Shown here: positions 33,054 through 33,329 of the stretch, piece after piece
Numbering within the stretch: the first letter of the stretch is position 1
How the letters are laid out: every line of letters starts with the position of its first letter
Assembly (NCBI GenBank): GCA_038232215.1
Contig: JBBSIG010000001.1
Location: 1-33,329, forward strand
Source: Gaiellales bacterium
GTDB lineage: Bacteria > Actinomycetota > Thermoleophilia > Gaiellales > Gaiellaceae
Direction of reading: 5' to 3'
Length of the DNA: 33,329 nucleotides
Made by a program: the position numbers and the translations under genes
Notes under the pieces: model-generated
The model's database searches: none
The model's input: only the letters and a program-made list of their open reading frames with translations
Told to the model about the DNA's origin: nothing

Positions 33054-33329
33054 CTACGCCTCGACGAGCGAGCGGTAGAGCCTGTCGTACGCCTCGACGG
33101 ACGCCTCCCAACCGAGGTGCGCGCAGGCCCACTCGCGGGCCCCTCGGGCGATCGAGACGCGAAGGTCCGGATCTGCGAGCAGGCGCCCGATCGCGGCCAC
33201 GAACTCGTCGTCGCCCTCGGCGAGGAGGATCTGCTCGCCGTCGGCGAGAGCGAGCCCTTCGGCCGCGAGCTTCGAGGCCACCACGGCCTTCCCCGCCGCG
33301 AGCGACTCGAGCAGCTTCACTCGCATCCC
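33054..33329 (-). CDS. Glycosyltransferase (GT4-type) C-terminal fragment. The 5' end lies beyond the window.
   Basis: ...KLLESLAAGKAVVASKLAAEGL...DGEQILLAEGDDEFVAAIGRLLADPDLRVSIARGAREW...W is the typical last ~90 aa of a GT-B/GT4 enzyme. The frame is open to the window edge. Confidence 0.7.
   Translation of the reverse strand, partial: GMRVKLLESLAAGKAVVASKLAAEGLALADGEQILLAEGDDEFVAAIGRLLADPDLRVSIARGAREWACAHLGWEASVEAYDRLYRSLVEA

Noticed and set aside
1-33329. A scan for tRNA/rRNA genes, CRISPR repeats, IS elements, integrases, toxin-antitoxin pairs or known defence-system genes
   Set aside because: All intergenic gaps are under ~310 bp, and none shows cloverleaf-like or spaced direct-repeat structure. 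No translated frame shows transposase, integrase or nuclease motifs that I can recognise. Absence is judged by eye only.

Overview
This is a very GC-rich bacterial chromosomal segment. Third codon positions are almost uniformly G/C, and GTG and TTG starts are common. It most likely comes from an actinobacterium-like monoderm, inferred from the GC richness plus a textbook LPXTG sorting signal. I support 29 protein-coding genes, 2 of them cut by the window edges. I see no rRNA or tRNA genes, CRISPR arrays, transposases or integrases. Layout: (i) 1-3672 is a tightly packed plus-strand four-gene module of unknown role: a PF14907-like nucleotidyltransferase, a cytoplasmic NodB deacetylase, a stand-alone cyanophycin-synthetase-like ATP-grasp ligase, and an orphan protein built from three ~125-aa repeats. 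(ii) 3624-5918 holds a uronate-dehydrogenase-like SDR divergent from class II lysyl-tRNA synthetase (lysS). (iii) 5921-33329 is a ~27 kb Wzx/Wzy-type surface-glycan locus. It contains one WbaP-type initiating phosphoglycosyl transferase, two Wzy_C (O-antigen ligase/polymerase family) membrane proteins (one with C-terminal TPRs), two Wzx-like flippases, and a fused Wzz/BY-tyrosine kinase with its CpsB-type PHP phosphatase. It also contains three GT4, three GT2 and two GT9 glycosyltransferases, a complete ADP-D-glycero-beta-D-manno-heptose pathway (a GmhA-HldC fusion, GmhB, HldA), a SAM methyltransferase, an APH/WaaP-like kinase, a second NodB deacetylase and a secreted discoidin-domain clan GH-A hydrolase. 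A tiny, apparently strongly expressed LPXTG-anchored low-complexity protein sits inside the locus. Most minus-strand genes are joined by stop/start overlaps (ATGA, GTGA, TTGA), giving four compact operons. Things worth a second look: the LPXTG mini-protein next to the Wzy_C/TPR protein (a possible sortase-anchored glycan carrier), the LPS-inner-core-like heptose toolkit in a monoderm-type context with an unusual GmhA-HldC fusion, the triple-repeat orphan with its ATP-grasp/deacetylase neighbours, and the methyltransferase/kinase pair. All family assignments come from motifs read by eye and recalled from memory. No database search was run.
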